Of a DNA stretch of 64,000 nt, positions 40,283 through 50,071 are shown in pieces. The first letter of the stretch is position 1, and each line of letters starts with the position of its first letter. This stretch comes from a virus, in IMG/VR virus record IMGVR_UViG_3300005826_000037, positions 32,001-96,000 of that record. The stretch is one strand, 5' to 3'. The notes under the pieces are model-generated. The model saw nothing but the letters and a program-made list of their open reading frames with translations, was not told the origin of the DNA and ran no database searches. The position numbers and the translations under genes were made by a program.

Positions 40283-40873
40283 TTAATAGTTATCAGGGTT
40301 AATTGAATAAAACTTATCGTGCAAATATACTTTCATTGAAGTATTCCCTGTCGGCGGAGTAATAGCAACAACATAAGAAGATCCATTTGGTACAACCCAA
40401 TCAATATTTGATACTACTAATATTGATCCAGAATTAGCACCAACATCAATCATATCTAACCCTCCAGTTACAGTTGAGCCTTCCGCACCCTTTTTCCATG
40501 TTCCATTTGCAGTTAATGATGAGGCAAAGTTATTATTTACAGGAGTGATCGCTGTGCCCGCTGAAATTAATGTTCCACCTGTTGGGTTTCTTACAATTCT
40601 TATTCTCACTTGACCAGAACCACCAGTGCTTGGACCAAATGAAAAAACTTGCCTTGATAAAATCATATACTCTGCAGGATCAGCCCAATAGGCATATAAT
40701 AATGCTGATTCATTTGCTGATGTAAGTGTAATTGCTGTTGTATTAATACCAAACTGATTATATAGTAATGCACCATCTAATTCTGCTGAAACAGCAATTG
40801 CTCTTGTATGAAGTTTATTATAAGTATCAACTTTAGCCTCATAACCATTTCCTTTACCATCTTGAATTCTCAT
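40283..40873 (-). CDS. virion protein, tandem paralog 2
   Basis: IQDGKGNGYEAKVDTYNKL. Confidence 0.6.
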   Translation of the reverse strand: MRIQDGKGNGYEAKVDTYNKLHTRAIAVSAELDGALLYNQFGINTTAITLTSANESALLYAYWADPAEYMILSRQVFSFGPSTGGSGQVRIRIVRNPTGGTLISAGTAITPVNNNFASSLTANGTWKKGAEGSTVTGGLDMIDVGANSGSILVVSNIDWVVPNGSSYVVAITPPTGNTSMKVYLHDKFYSINPDNY

Positions 40874-40879
40874 GCGCCC

Positions 40880-41476
40880 TCAGCTTTCTGGATGGTCAAA
40901 CCAACCAGACATTAAAAATGAAAAATCCCCAACTTCTACTGATTTTACTGTAATCCCAATACTTTGTCCAAATGGAATAATAATCGTGCCATCTAAAATA
41001 ACATCATTAAGACCCATACAAAAAAATTGAGAAAAGGCAAATAACCCATTTGTGGCTACAGTAATCCCATTACCAACCCCATCCCAAATTTGGCATTCAG
41101 ATGGAGATGTCAAAGATTTACCAAAATTAGTACTACTCGGAGTAATATCAGTATAATTTGCCGTTGGAGGATATGTGCCAACATAAAAAGCACCTCTAAT
41201 AGGCTTATTATAATTTGTAGAACCACCATTAAAAGATAACATTAATCTGTGCACATGAAACTCTCTGCTGCTATCTGTATTTTTAAATCTAAATATCAGA
41301 TATTCATTAGTTCCTGGCAATGTTTTATCATAAACACCGTAAGTAAAGGAATACCCAGTTGTATTAGCAACGTTTGCCAATGTACTAGAGTTAATACCTT
41401 TGGTCCATAACCTTTGATCTTCCACCCTGGCAACAGAACCAGTTCCTGCGCCGTCTTTTACTCTAAAATCACTCAT
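40880..41476 (-). CDS. virion protein, tandem paralog 3
   Basis: VKDGAGTGSVARVEDQRL. Confidence 0.6.
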   Translation of the reverse strand: MSDFRVKDGAGTGSVARVEDQRLWTKGINSSTLANVANTTGYSFTYGVYDKTLPGTNEYLIFRFKNTDSSREFHVHRLMLSFNGGSTNYNKPIRGAFYVGTYPPTANYTDITPSSTNFGKSLTSPSECQIWDGVGNGITVATNGLFAFSQFFCMGLNDVILDGTIIIPFGQSIGITVKSVEVGDFSFLMSGWFDHPES

Positions 41477-42518
41477 CTATATCTCCAGTATCAACATCAA
41501 ATTCATTCATCTCAGCAAGATGCTTCTCAATTCGTTTTAAAACCAAAGTAATCTCATTTAATGTATTAACAGCCTCCGCATCACTAGTAAATAATCTAAT
41601 ATTATCAGTGCCTTCACGCTCTACATTAATACTCGCATCATCTGCTTTAGGTCCTTTGAGAACAATGTTAGTGTTATCCTCAATATTAACATTGATTGGA
41701 AGAGAAGTATAATTACCAGCAATCTGAACAACATTATGATTTAATAATCTTATACTATCCATATACAAATAAGTGTTTGATGTTTGATTATCAAGATTCC
41801 TAATATCTATATATATATTAAGTGTATTATATACTTCTGGCATATGTCTTTCATGAAGAGCAACTTTTTTACCATCAACAACGCAAGCAGCATACCCAAA
41901 ACCCATCTCAATTCTTACTTTCAAATTTGATGATGTTCTCAATTTATTTGGTATTGAAAAATCAGTTGATTGCACAGTTCCAACAGCCCCAGTACAACTG
42001 GTTGAAAATGTTGCCAAATCAGTTGCTGGTGATGTGTACTCTAAATAGGCAAAACCACCGTGCATATTGGTAAAGCCAACTCTTGTTGTTTGACTTGATT
42101 TTCTTCCAAAAATACGAAGCTCAAACTCCATTATTGTTGGTAAAGTATGTCCTGGATGAGTAAGTGTTGCATAACCATCTGAGCCGGTTCCAAGTATTAT
42201 AATCAGATTTGATGCTGAAACTAATACTGAAGAACCATTTGTATCAGTTGTCCAATCAGAACTTAACGCGCTATTAAAATCAAAATAATAAGAACCCTCG
42301 TCAGTAAATACTTGACTCCTTGTTGCAATACCACCATGTTCATCTATAAGAAAGGGAGATTTCTCTCCTGCAGAAACAATTGGATAATCTAGAGAAGGAT
42401 CTGGAAAATGCCCTCCAATACCAATTCCCTTTGGATATACAGATATATGATAACCATCAATTAAAACTGGATTACCATATCCATCATATAATATCACAGC
42501 AGGGCTATCATAACTCAT
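41469..42518 (-). CDS. virion protein with possible lectin-like beta-sandwich and C-terminal coiled coil
   Basis: Beta-rich core (VRIEMGFGYAACVVDGKKVALH); helical tail; 3 DGY. Confidence 0.5.
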   Translation of the reverse strand: MSYDSPAVILYDGYGNPVLIDGYHISVYPKGIGIGGHFPDPSLDYPIVSAGEKSPFLIDEHGGIATRSQVFTDEGSYYFDFNSALSSDWTTDTNGSSVLVSASNLIIILGTGSDGYATLTHPGHTLPTIMEFELRIFGRKSSQTTRVGFTNMHGGFAYLEYTSPATDLATFSTSCTGAVGTVQSTDFSIPNKLRTSSNLKVRIEMGFGYAACVVDGKKVALHERHMPEVYNTLNIYIDIRNLDNQTSNTYLYMDSIRLLNHNVVQIAGNYTSLPINVNIEDNTNIVLKGPKADDASINVEREGTDNIRLFTSDAEAVNTLNEITLVLKRIEKHLAEMNEFDVDTGDIDE

Positions 42519-43261
42519 GCAATCGTCCTCGTTCTATTCACTTCAAAAACTCCATTATATGCAATAGTATCCGTTACAGTAGCCAATAAAACATCAGAGG
42601 CATCATATATCTTCCATGTTACTGTAGCAGGTGTTTTATTACTATTATATGTATAAGTCTTCTCAACAATTTTATTTGTCTTTGCAATGCTTGTATACCA
42701 AATAACTGAAGTGGGAAATGGATCTGCTTCTGGTAAAACTTCTTTATAAGCTCCAGATGCAAACCCACTTGCAGGACCTTCATTGATAAAATGAATAAGT
42801 TGCCTTAAAGCAGTATGCTGATTTTCAGAAATAGAATTTATAGATATTTCTACAATTGCATCTTGTACATTATGAGAAGATATTTTTGATAAACCTGTTG
42901 GATCAAATCCTATTTTACTAGAACCAACAGGATGCATAAAATATATGTAACCATCTGTTGAGTCATTAATATATCCATCAATAGATAATGTAAGATTAGT
43001 TAATATTTCATCTACAATATAATAACCATCAGCACTTCCACCGCTAGTTCCAGTAAGATAAATTCTATCTCCAGACTCTACTGCATTATCTCTACCATAT
43101 AAAATGCCCTCATTATCTGGGGGCATATTTATTTCAACAACTGAAGTAGAACTAGTGGTGGATACCAAAGTAGAAGATAAATATACGTAATACCCGTCAG
43201 AAGCAAGTTCTTCGGAGTCAATAATGTCTAAATCACGTATATCCTCTTTTCTAATTGTCAT
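42515..43261 (-). CDS. putative fibre/structural protein
   Basis: NVQDAIVEI fibre-type motif; 4 DGY. Confidence 0.55.
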   Translation of the reverse strand: MTIRKEDIRDLDIIDSEELASDGYYVYLSSTLVSTTSSTSVVEINMPPDNEGILYGRDNAVESGDRIYLTGTSGGSADGYYIVDEILTNLTLSIDGYINDSTDGYIYFMHPVGSSKIGFDPTGLSKISSHNVQDAIVEISINSISENQHTALRQLIHFINEGPASGFASGAYKEVLPEADPFPTSVIWYTSIAKTNKIVEKTYTYNSNKTPATVTWKIYDASDVLLATVTDTIAYNGVFEVNRTRTIA

Positions 43262-43737
43262 GTCGCTTTTTTGCCTCTTCTATTTCTTCTCGTTTTTGGC
43301 TCTGGCTCTGGTTCTACCTCAGATTCAGACTCTTCCTCTTCTAGCTCTTCTGGTTCTTCAACATCACCATTTTCTTTATCAATTTGTTCTTGCTTCTTTC
43401 TTAAAGCCTCAGCATATTCTTCCTTATTCTTTTGTTCTTCAGCTCTAAGCATTTCTTCTCTTTTTGCTCTTTCCTCTTGTAGAATATATGAATTTAGTAC
43501 ATTATATACTATACTACCCATGGCTGAATATGCTGATGCTTGACCATCAGCAACTGCAGCCTGCTTTCTAAAAGATTCTGCTTGCGCTGCACAAACTTGT
43601 CTTTGTCTCTCAGACTCATTCAAGATTTGTAGCAATGTGGCTTCGTAGAAAGATTTTAAATTAACATCTACTACTCCTGCAGTAACTGCATCTAATACTC
43701 TTTTTCTTAACTTAATAATATCATCAGCGTGACTCAT
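43258..43737 (-). CDS. coiled-coil protein with acidic then basic tail
   Basis: EEPEELEEEESESEVEPEPEP followed by KTRRNRRGKK. Confidence 0.65.
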   Translation of the reverse strand: MSHADDIIKLRKRVLDAVTAGVVDVNLKSFYEATLLQILNESERQRQVCAAQAESFRKQAAVADGQASAYSAMGSIVYNVLNSYILQEERAKREEMLRAEEQKNKEEYAEALRKKQEQIDKENGDVEEPEELEEEESESEVEPEPEPKTRRNRRGKKAT

Positions 43738-43961
43738 AATTGTTCCTTTTTCTTATTCTGTCTTGCAACATACCCAGCTATACATAGGCAAATTTCACAA
43801 TAAATTCCATTTATCCCATTACCGGAAACCAAAAAAAACCTAGTAGGTTCTTCTGGTCCTTCCTCCTGAATTTTAAATGTTTCAGGAGGAATGTGACCAG
43901 ATGCGCAGATCCTACTAGGATTTTCTACTTGCTTAACTGTTAAATCAGGTTTATCTATCAT
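43734..43961 (-). CDS. small Cys/His protein, possible zinc binder
   Basis: CASGH...CEIC; TGATATAT motif at -16. Confidence 0.55.
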   Translation of the reverse strand: MIDKPDLTVKQVENPSRICASGHIPPETFKIQEEGPEEPTRFFLVSGNGINGIYCEICLCIAGYVARQNKKKEQL

Positions 43962-43969
43962 ACATTATC

Positions 43970-43977
43970 ATATATCA
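43970..43977 (-). promoter_or_regulatory. TGATATAT motif 16 nt upstream of ATG 43961
   Basis: TGATATATGATAATGT-ATG. Confidence 0.55.
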
Positions 43978-43978
43978 A

Positions 43979-45466
43979 TCATGCATAAATCATGTAATTG
44001 ATATGATCACCTGCCTTGACTTTATAATAGAAAGTTACCTGAGTTGTTGAGGTTTCTGCATAATCATTTCCATCAACAATTGGTCCTGGGTCTCTCAAAA
44101 CACCTCTTGTAAACAAAACAAGATATTGACCGTTATTAGTTCCGTCAAGTGTGTATGTATTTGCTCCTGGAAGAGTGTGAGCTACGCCTGCATCAATATC
44201 AACAGTTACTCTTTCAATAACTCTTGTCATAGAAGCTGTTCCCAATGCATCAGCCAACTCTTGCAAAGATTGTGTAATGGTGTATCCATCAGTCAAGATA
44301 GAGCCGGTGTAGTTTCTATCACCAATCTGCTCATTCAAGGTATTAAGAGCTTCAACAACACTTGGGGTTGCATCTGGAAGATTATTAAATGGATAATAAA
44401 TACCAGTATTAGTCAAAAGACCTGCAAGACTAGTATCTCCATCGGATGTTCCAATTGTATCCAAGATATCACTAATATCTTGTTTCATTCCAGAATCACC
44501 AATGATACCATTGGTTAATGTAGTTCTGAAGTCAGTTTCATTGATTTGGTCTACTCTTGTACGATAACCGTAATACAAATCAACTGTTGTTGGTTGGTAT
44601 CCATCCCATGTATATGCTACGGAAGAGCTTAATGCATCGCCAAATGGAACTGCTCTAAACTCAATTTCAACAGAGTTTGGTGATACACCTGTTGTTCCTG
44701 CACGAGTAAGACCGAAGATTCTGTAACCATCAGTAGAGCCACCAACAGCAACTAATGCAGCCTCAGTTAATGGGTTGATGATTTCAACATAACATGCATC
44801 ATAATTTCCAGCGTCTGCACCATCAGTGATTGGAACACCAGTTGTGTCTGTCGCATCAGCATGCTTCAAATTACCTGTATCAGTAATTGTTGTATAGCCA
44901 TCGCCTTGACTGACTGCATCATCAGTGAACAATCTATTCATAACCCATGCGTGGGCATCCATTGTCTTACTTGCAATGTTAGAAAGATTTGCAGGGACGT
45001 TTGTTCCAACAGCAGTTGGTCTTTGATAAGTTGGGATTGCTGCAGAATAAGCAACACCCTTGATTGCAGCACGGTCTGTACGCTCAAAATTAAGGTCGTC
45101 TTCCAAACTATATGGATATCTCTCTATCCAAGTTACATATCCATCATTTGCAACAGCAGAAGCATTAGAGATATCAACAGATGTTGCTGAATTGTAAGTG
45201 ATAATTAGGAAGGTTCCGTTATTTCCACCCTGAGAAGCTCCGGAAATGGAAAGGAAATTTCCAATAGAACTGACAGTCATTCCTGTCAATCCAGTAAGTG
45301 TTGCTACACCAGCAACAACAGAACCAATGTAACCATCAGTTCCAGTTTGACCACTAAGCGCAGAACCTAGACTATTAGGCTCGTCCGCTAAAGTCATTGA
45401 AGCATTCTTAGTTAGTGAACCAGCAATATCAAGAGCTTGGTCCAACGCATTTTCTCTAGATGTCAT
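43979..45466 (-). CDS. putative head fibre/decoration structural protein
   Basis: T/G/A/D-rich; SVVEALNTL and TITQSLQEL fibre motifs; C-terminal LFTRGVL...NDYAET domain; 6 DGY; strong SD. Confidence 0.6.
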   Translation of the reverse strand: MTSRENALDQALDIAGSLTKNASMTLADEPNSLGSALSGQTGTDGYIGSVVAGVATLTGLTGMTVSSIGNFLSISGASQGGNNGTFLIITYNSATSVDISNASAVANDGYVTWIERYPYSLEDDLNFERTDRAAIKGVAYSAAIPTYQRPTAVGTNVPANLSNIASKTMDAHAWVMNRLFTDDAVSQGDGYTTITDTGNLKHADATDTTGVPITDGADAGNYDACYVEIINPLTEAALVAVGGSTDGYRIFGLTRAGTTGVSPNSVEIEFRAVPFGDALSSSVAYTWDGYQPTTVDLYYGYRTRVDQINETDFRTTLTNGIIGDSGMKQDISDILDTIGTSDGDTSLAGLLTNTGIYYPFNNLPDATPSVVEALNTLNEQIGDRNYTGSILTDGYTITQSLQELADALGTASMTRVIERVTVDIDAGVAHTLPGANTYTLDGTNNGQYLVLFTRGVLRDPGPIVDGNDYAETSTTQVTFYYKVKAGDHINYMIYA

Positions 45467-45596
45467 TTTTACTCCTATGTAAATAAGCCAGTAATAAATT
45501 ACCAGATTTCTCTTGCGCCCTTATAGTTACTGGTTATAGTTTGTTTAAACTTAATTGGCTCTGTTCTGTATATCTAAATATTACATATTTAAGTTC

Positions 45597-46220
45597 TTAT
45601 ATTGACGGATTTTCTACAACATAATTAGAATACATTTTGCTTTTATGTCTTGGAGCAAATGAAACAAGAATAATTGTATCATAACCAGTACCTACACCAC
45701 CAGACTCAGATACTATATAATCATCAGTTTCTATTAATTCTCTTCCATTATGGAATACTTGTATCTTAAAAGTATTACCATGAAATACTCCATTTATAAA
45801 CTTATCAGGTGATGGTATTTTAAATATCCTATTAGAACCATTTATAGCCCCAATAAGCTTAACATTCTGTTTCAAAAGAAATGGTATCTCTGATACCACC
45901 CCAGTCACTTCAAGACCCTTTATAATTCCAGCATCTTGAAGGAATTTCTTTTGATCATCATTAAATTGTAAAAGATCAATATCACTACATTCTACAACAA
46001 TATCTCCTGCTAAAATCTTATGCCTTAATTCTCCCTTTAGGAGAGAAGCCCTGATATCCTGTTCTGCAACTCCAGGTATCTGCAAAATATCTCTTGTCCG
46101 ATTAAACGGTATTGGATAATTAAATATCTTTATCGTTTTTCTACGATCATTAGTTATATTACGTACAATAAAACACCCATATTTCTTCAGATAAGGGGCA
46201 AATTCGTCCATTGTAGACAT
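45597..46220 (-). CDS. putative structural/adaptor protein
   Basis: C-terminal GAINGSNRIF...VFHNGREL...DDY domain similar to the C-terminus of 43979-45466. Confidence 0.55.
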   Translation of the reverse strand: MSTMDEFAPYLKKYGCFIVRNITNDRRKTIKIFNYPIPFNRTRDILQIPGVAEQDIRASLLKGELRHKILAGDIVVECSDIDLLQFNDDQKKFLQDAGIIKGLEVTGVVSEIPFLLKQNVKLIGAINGSNRIFKIPSPDKFINGVFHGNTFKIQVFHNGRELIETDDYIVSESGGVGTGYDTIILVSFAPRHKSKMYSNYVVENPSI

Positions 46221-46223
46221 GGC

Positions 46224-46934
46224 TTACTCCTTTCTGTCTTTAATACTATCTCTAATGGTTATTGTTATCGTCCTTTCAACTTCTGGATTGTCTTGAGTTG
46301 CTTTAACACCACCAAATAATTTTTCCATCAATGTATCATATGATTGATTTGCAATATCACTCTTAGAGATCTCAATGGCTTTATTTACATCTTTTCTAGT
46401 AAGATCTTCGTCCTTACCCAAAATAATATTGGTAAGATTAGATTCTGCCATTTTTGAAAGTTCACCTAGACTCAATCTATATCTCATATGCAATAGTTCT
46501 TCAATATAATCAAGGCTTCCAACTCCTGGTTGGGCATTGGTATAATCTCCATCATTAATTCCAGTTCTTAATCCACTGTTTAATGTATTCAACAAAACTC
46601 TAGCATAACTATCTTGCCATTCTGGCTCTTTACCATATTTGGCTTTAAGGTTATCTAAAACATCTTTTAGTTTGGCTAGGTTTTTTAGTTTTTCAGATAT
46701 AGCCTCGGAAATAAAAGCCTCACTACGGCTATAATTTTGCAAACCTCTTCTTGGATTATACTCAGTTTCTTGATCAATCCTACGAGTATCAAATGCAATT
46801 TTTGTTAAGCCATTATCAGATAATAATGAATCGAGACCCTGCTTTCTTAATGACAACGCCTTCCTTCTAGCACTTCTATCTTTGGTGCCTTCGGTTATTA
46901 ATTTAAACAGTTCTGTAGCAGTTTCTATTTTCAT
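46224..46934 (-). CDS. hypothetical protein
   Basis: 236 aa helical ORF. Confidence 0.65.
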   Translation of the reverse strand: MKIETATELFKLITEGTKDRSARRKALSLRKQGLDSLLSDNGLTKIAFDTRRIDQETEYNPRRGLQNYSRSEAFISEAISEKLKNLAKLKDVLDNLKAKYGKEPEWQDSYARVLLNTLNSGLRTGINDGDYTNAQPGVGSLDYIEELLHMRYRLSLGELSKMAESNLTNIILGKDEDLTRKDVNKAIEISKSDIANQSYDTLMEKLFGGVKATQDNPEVERTITITIRDSIKDRKE

Positions 46935-47004
46935 ATGGACGCTTTCAGGAGATTAACACATTATTATGCCTCATTATTATCTTATCTAAATATTGATACG
47001 ACAC

Positions 47005-47032
47005 TTGACACCCTTTTTTAAAGATTTACGCT
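47005..47032 (+). promoter_or_regulatory. sigma70-like promoter for the CCA-adding enzyme gene
   Basis: TTGACA-16 nt-TACGCT, then SD GAGG and ATG 47056. Confidence 0.5.
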
Positions 47033-47055
47033 ATGCGCAAAGGCGAGGTATTTCT

Positions 47056-48252
47056 ATGAACAAAAATGCAGCTGAAGTGTGCAACATAATTCAACAACGG
47101 GGATATAAATCATACCTCGTTGGTGGTTGTGTTAGAGATTTACAATTAAAACAAGTCCCTAAAGACTGGGATATTGCCACAAATGCATCCCCTGATGTAA
47201 TTCAAGAAACATTCGATAAAACATATCCAACAGGTCTAAAACATGGAACTGTCACTGTTTCCCTTAATGGAGAACACTTTGAGGTAACTACTTTTAGAAC
47301 CGAAGGCAAATATTCAGACGGAAGAAGACCGGACTCGGTTGAATTTGTGAACAATATAGAAGAAGACTTGGCAAGAAGAGACTTCACTATCAATGCCATG
47401 GCTTTTGACCCAATCAAAAATGAATTAGTTGATCCATTCGGTGGAGAAAAAGATCTTAAGAATGAATATCTAAAATGCGTTGGTAACCCAAATGAACGCT
47501 TTCAAGAAGACGGTCTTAGAATCATGAGGGCAGCAAGATTTGCTGCCAGATTTGGTTTTGTAATAGAATCACAAACATTCAAAGCGATGTCTAATCCTGA
47601 TAATCTAAAAGTTCTCAGTAAAGTCTCAAAAGAAAGAATGAATGATGAATTATCAAAGATTCTTATGGGATCAAACATGAGTTATGGTATCAAGATTCTA
47701 TTTGACACTGGCGCTATGAGTATGGTATCTTCCCTATTAGTGCCGCACGAAGTGCGATTGTGTAAGGGAGATCTTGAGACTAGACTTGCACATCTATACC
47801 GCGATTACGATCCGAAATATGTTCTTGAAGAACTTAAAATGTTAAAATTCTCAAACAAAGAGATTAAAAGAGTTGAATTCATCCTTAATTCAAAATTTAG
47901 ATATTTCAATTTATTAAAAAATAAAACAAATCTCGATTATAAAGAATTTATTGCCCATTTAAAAAACAAATCACCAGATGAATATAATTATACACTTGAA
48001 CAATTTAATCATTGGGTTTGTGCAGATTATAATCTATTAAAACATCATTATGAAGTTTTTGATAAATTTAAAGATATTGTTGTTTTTTCTAGAAAAGATT
48101 TAGCAATAAACGGAAATGATCTGATAGCTATAGGAATTACTGATGGTAAACAAATTGGTTCAACATTGGATTATTGTTATCAATTAGTTATTAAAAATTC
48201 AAAACTAAATAATAAAAATGTTCTTCTAAACATAATAAATAATTCTGATTAA
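47056..48252 (+). CDS. cca: class II tRNA nucleotidyltransferase (CCA-adding enzyme)
   Basis: VGGCVRD, DWDIAT, TFRTE, EDLARRDFTINAMA, RFQEDGLRIMRAARF and SKER motifs; no HD domain visible. Confidence 0.88.
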   Translation: MNKNAAEVCNIIQQRGYKSYLVGGCVRDLQLKQVPKDWDIATNASPDVIQETFDKTYPTGLKHGTVTVSLNGEHFEVTTFRTEGKYSDGRRPDSVEFVNNIEEDLARRDFTINAMAFDPIKNELVDPFGGEKDLKNEYLKCVGNPNERFQEDGLRIMRAARFAARFGFVIESQTFKAMSNPDNLKVLSKVSKERMNDELSKILMGSNMSYGIKILFDTGAMSMVSSLLVPHEVRLCKGDLETRLAHLYRDYDPKYVLEELKMLKFSNKEIKRVEFILNSKFRYFNLLKNKTNLDYKEFIAHLKNKSPDEYNYTLEQFNHWVCADYNLLKHHYEVFDKFKDIVVFSRKDLAINGNDLIAIGITDGKQIGSTLDYCYQLVIKNSKLNNKNVLLNIINNSD

Positions 48253-48809
48253 GACATAAAAAATGTATAAACTTTAATTATCCATTCTTTAAATTCTTCA
48301 ATAGATCTTTCTCTTTTAGCATAATTACAATACTTGCAACAAGCTACGCAATTTTCTTTAGAATGTGGTTTAGAATTATCCAATCGATCCAATCCATTAT
48401 ATATAAAATATCCATTTTTCTTCATATCATCTGAAGATTTTTTATCAGCACCATTTTGAATATTTGACGGAGGATTTCCACAATAATAACAATATTTCTG
48501 TGATATAAAATAAAAATCCTCAAATTGCATTTCATTATAATTAGCACGCCAAACTCGTCTAGCAGAAGCTTCTATAGGCGTATATTTTATACATTTAGAA
48601 TACATATTTTTTGCCCTCAAAGAACGCTGTTTTTTATTCCAACAACCACATGATTTAGTACCTCCACTTCGTAATTCTTCTGTTTTAATATCTTTAATAA
48701 TACCACAATCACATTGACACTTCCAGGCAGAACGACCATTAATTGGTTGAGCTTGCTCTATAACTGTTAACATACTATATTTTTGACCAATAAGATTTAA
48801 TTTTTTCAT
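48249..48809 (-). CDS. HNH-family homing endonuclease
   Basis: WKCQCDCG...TKSCGC N-terminus; CYYCG...NGLDRLDN...NCVACCKYCN. Confidence 0.85.
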   Translation of the reverse strand: MKKLNLIGQKYSMLTVIEQAQPINGRSAWKCQCDCGIIKDIKTEELRSGGTKSCGCWNKKQRSLRAKNMYSKCIKYTPIEASARRVWRANYNEMQFEDFYFISQKYCYYCGNPPSNIQNGADKKSSDDMKKNGYFIYNGLDRLDNSKPHSKENCVACCKYCNYAKRERSIEEFKEWIIKVYTFFMS

Positions 48810-48817
48810 ATTAATCT

Positions 48818-48825
48818 ATATATCA
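48818..48825 (-). promoter_or_regulatory. TGATATAT motif 16 nt upstream of ATG 48809
   Basis: TGATATATAGATTAAT-ATG. Confidence 0.6.
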
Positions 48826-48859
48826 AGTGAAACATAGTTTGTGCCAGGTATGTATTATA

Positions 48860-48891
48860 AAAATAAAGCCGAGATTACTCGGCTTTATTTT
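48860..48891. terminator. bidirectional rho-independent terminator downstream of the major capsid gene
   Basis: Perfect 14-bp inverted repeat AAAATAAAGCCGAG-ATTA-CTCGGCTTTATTTT. Confidence 0.85.
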
Positions 48892-48932
48892 AAATTAAGT
48901 TGGTGTCTAAGTATTTGATTTTATTCAAAACC

Positions 48933-49943
48933 TTATTCGACAACTACGCTTTTACGCCCGGCTGCGACGCCTCTTGGGTTTACAATGGCGAGACCAATAA
49001 TCTCACTTACGACCCAACCCAGCTTAAGTTGCTTTGGTTCATCTGCTGGAAGTACTTCAATATCCTGACGAATTGGCATGACTCCAACGAATTCGGGGTC
49101 TGCCGCACCGTAGATCGTTCCGGGAGGGACAATCTTGCTCACCATAATGTCTGAGCCCCAAATGTGAGCATAAAGACCAGTTTGAAGAACTTCACGCATG
49201 GTGACAGGATCGAAATCGCCGCCAGATACGCCTTGTCCACCACCAGATCCCCACTTAAGGATATCGGTGAACTCATTGATGTTCATGAAATACTTGGTTG
49301 TGACAAGGTCCCAGCGATCGATCTGTTGTTTAATTTCAACTAGGTCTCTCTTAAGCAATCCAGCATCAGCGATATCGGTAAGGGTGTTTTCAACGGAAGC
49401 AGCTGCATCCAATGCTGCGAAGACGTTTGCATCTTCTTGTGCCATCATTTCTTGACGTGCCTTTTGGACAGCTCTGTCGATGACGTTGAATCTACGCCTT
49501 TTGACTTCTGCAATACGTACAGTTGGATTTGCGTAAAGTTCGAACTCAGGAACTACAACACGGTCACCAAAAACTCTGGACTCTGGTCCAGTACCGTTGC
49601 TAGAAATAACAACAGCTGCAACATCGATGTCACGGTCATAAGTTGGCATTGCACCTTGTGGAAGAGGATCAACAACCAATGCTCTACGAGCAATTCCATG
49701 GTAGTCAAGGTTTCTACGGATTGGGTTTGCCATTGCTTGTGCAAGAGCAATCTTTCCATCTTGAGTCATGATAGCACGGGAGATAAGCTCATCACGCTTC
49801 TCATCGCTCAATTGTGGTTGTCCAGCGAGACCCATATTGGAAGGTTGGTTCTCTTCGAGAATTGCGGCATACTTTACAAGAGTTTGTAAAGCATCCTTTA
49901 AAGATCCGGCGTTCATTTCGCCATGGTTATTAAACATATTCAT
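48933..49943 (-). CDS. major capsid protein (HK97 fold)
   Basis: ALAQAMANPIRRNLDYHGIARRALVVDPLPQG, AQEDANVF, GWVVSEIIGLAIVNPRGVA; higher GC, strong SD and terminator; downstream of protease/scaffold and decoration genes. Confidence 0.85.
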   Translation of the reverse strand: MNMFNNHGEMNAGSLKDALQTLVKYAAILEENQPSNMGLAGQPQLSDEKRDELISRAIMTQDGKIALAQAMANPIRRNLDYHGIARRALVVDPLPQGAMPTYDRDIDVAAVVISSNGTGPESRVFGDRVVVPEFELYANPTVRIAEVKRRRFNVIDRAVQKARQEMMAQEDANVFAALDAAASVENTLTDIADAGLLKRDLVEIKQQIDRWDLVTTKYFMNINEFTDILKWGSGGGQGVSGGDFDPVTMREVLQTGLYAHIWGSDIMVSKIVPPGTIYGAADPEFVGVMPIRQDIEVLPADEPKQLKLGWVVSEIIGLAIVNPRGVAAGRKSVVVE

Positions 49944-50071
49944 TATTTATTCTCCTAGAATTTTTTGCCAGTCTTACCAGCTTTATTTATTTAAACTTAA
50001 AGGATAGGGGATCCCCGAATTAACAGGGTTTAATTTAGCCCACTCCCCTGGGCAGACTTAAGTCTTATTTA

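Noticed and set aside
48933-49943. Encapsulin shell protein
   Set aside because: The size is similar, but the context (prohead protease, decoration and tail genes) indicates a phage major capsid protein.
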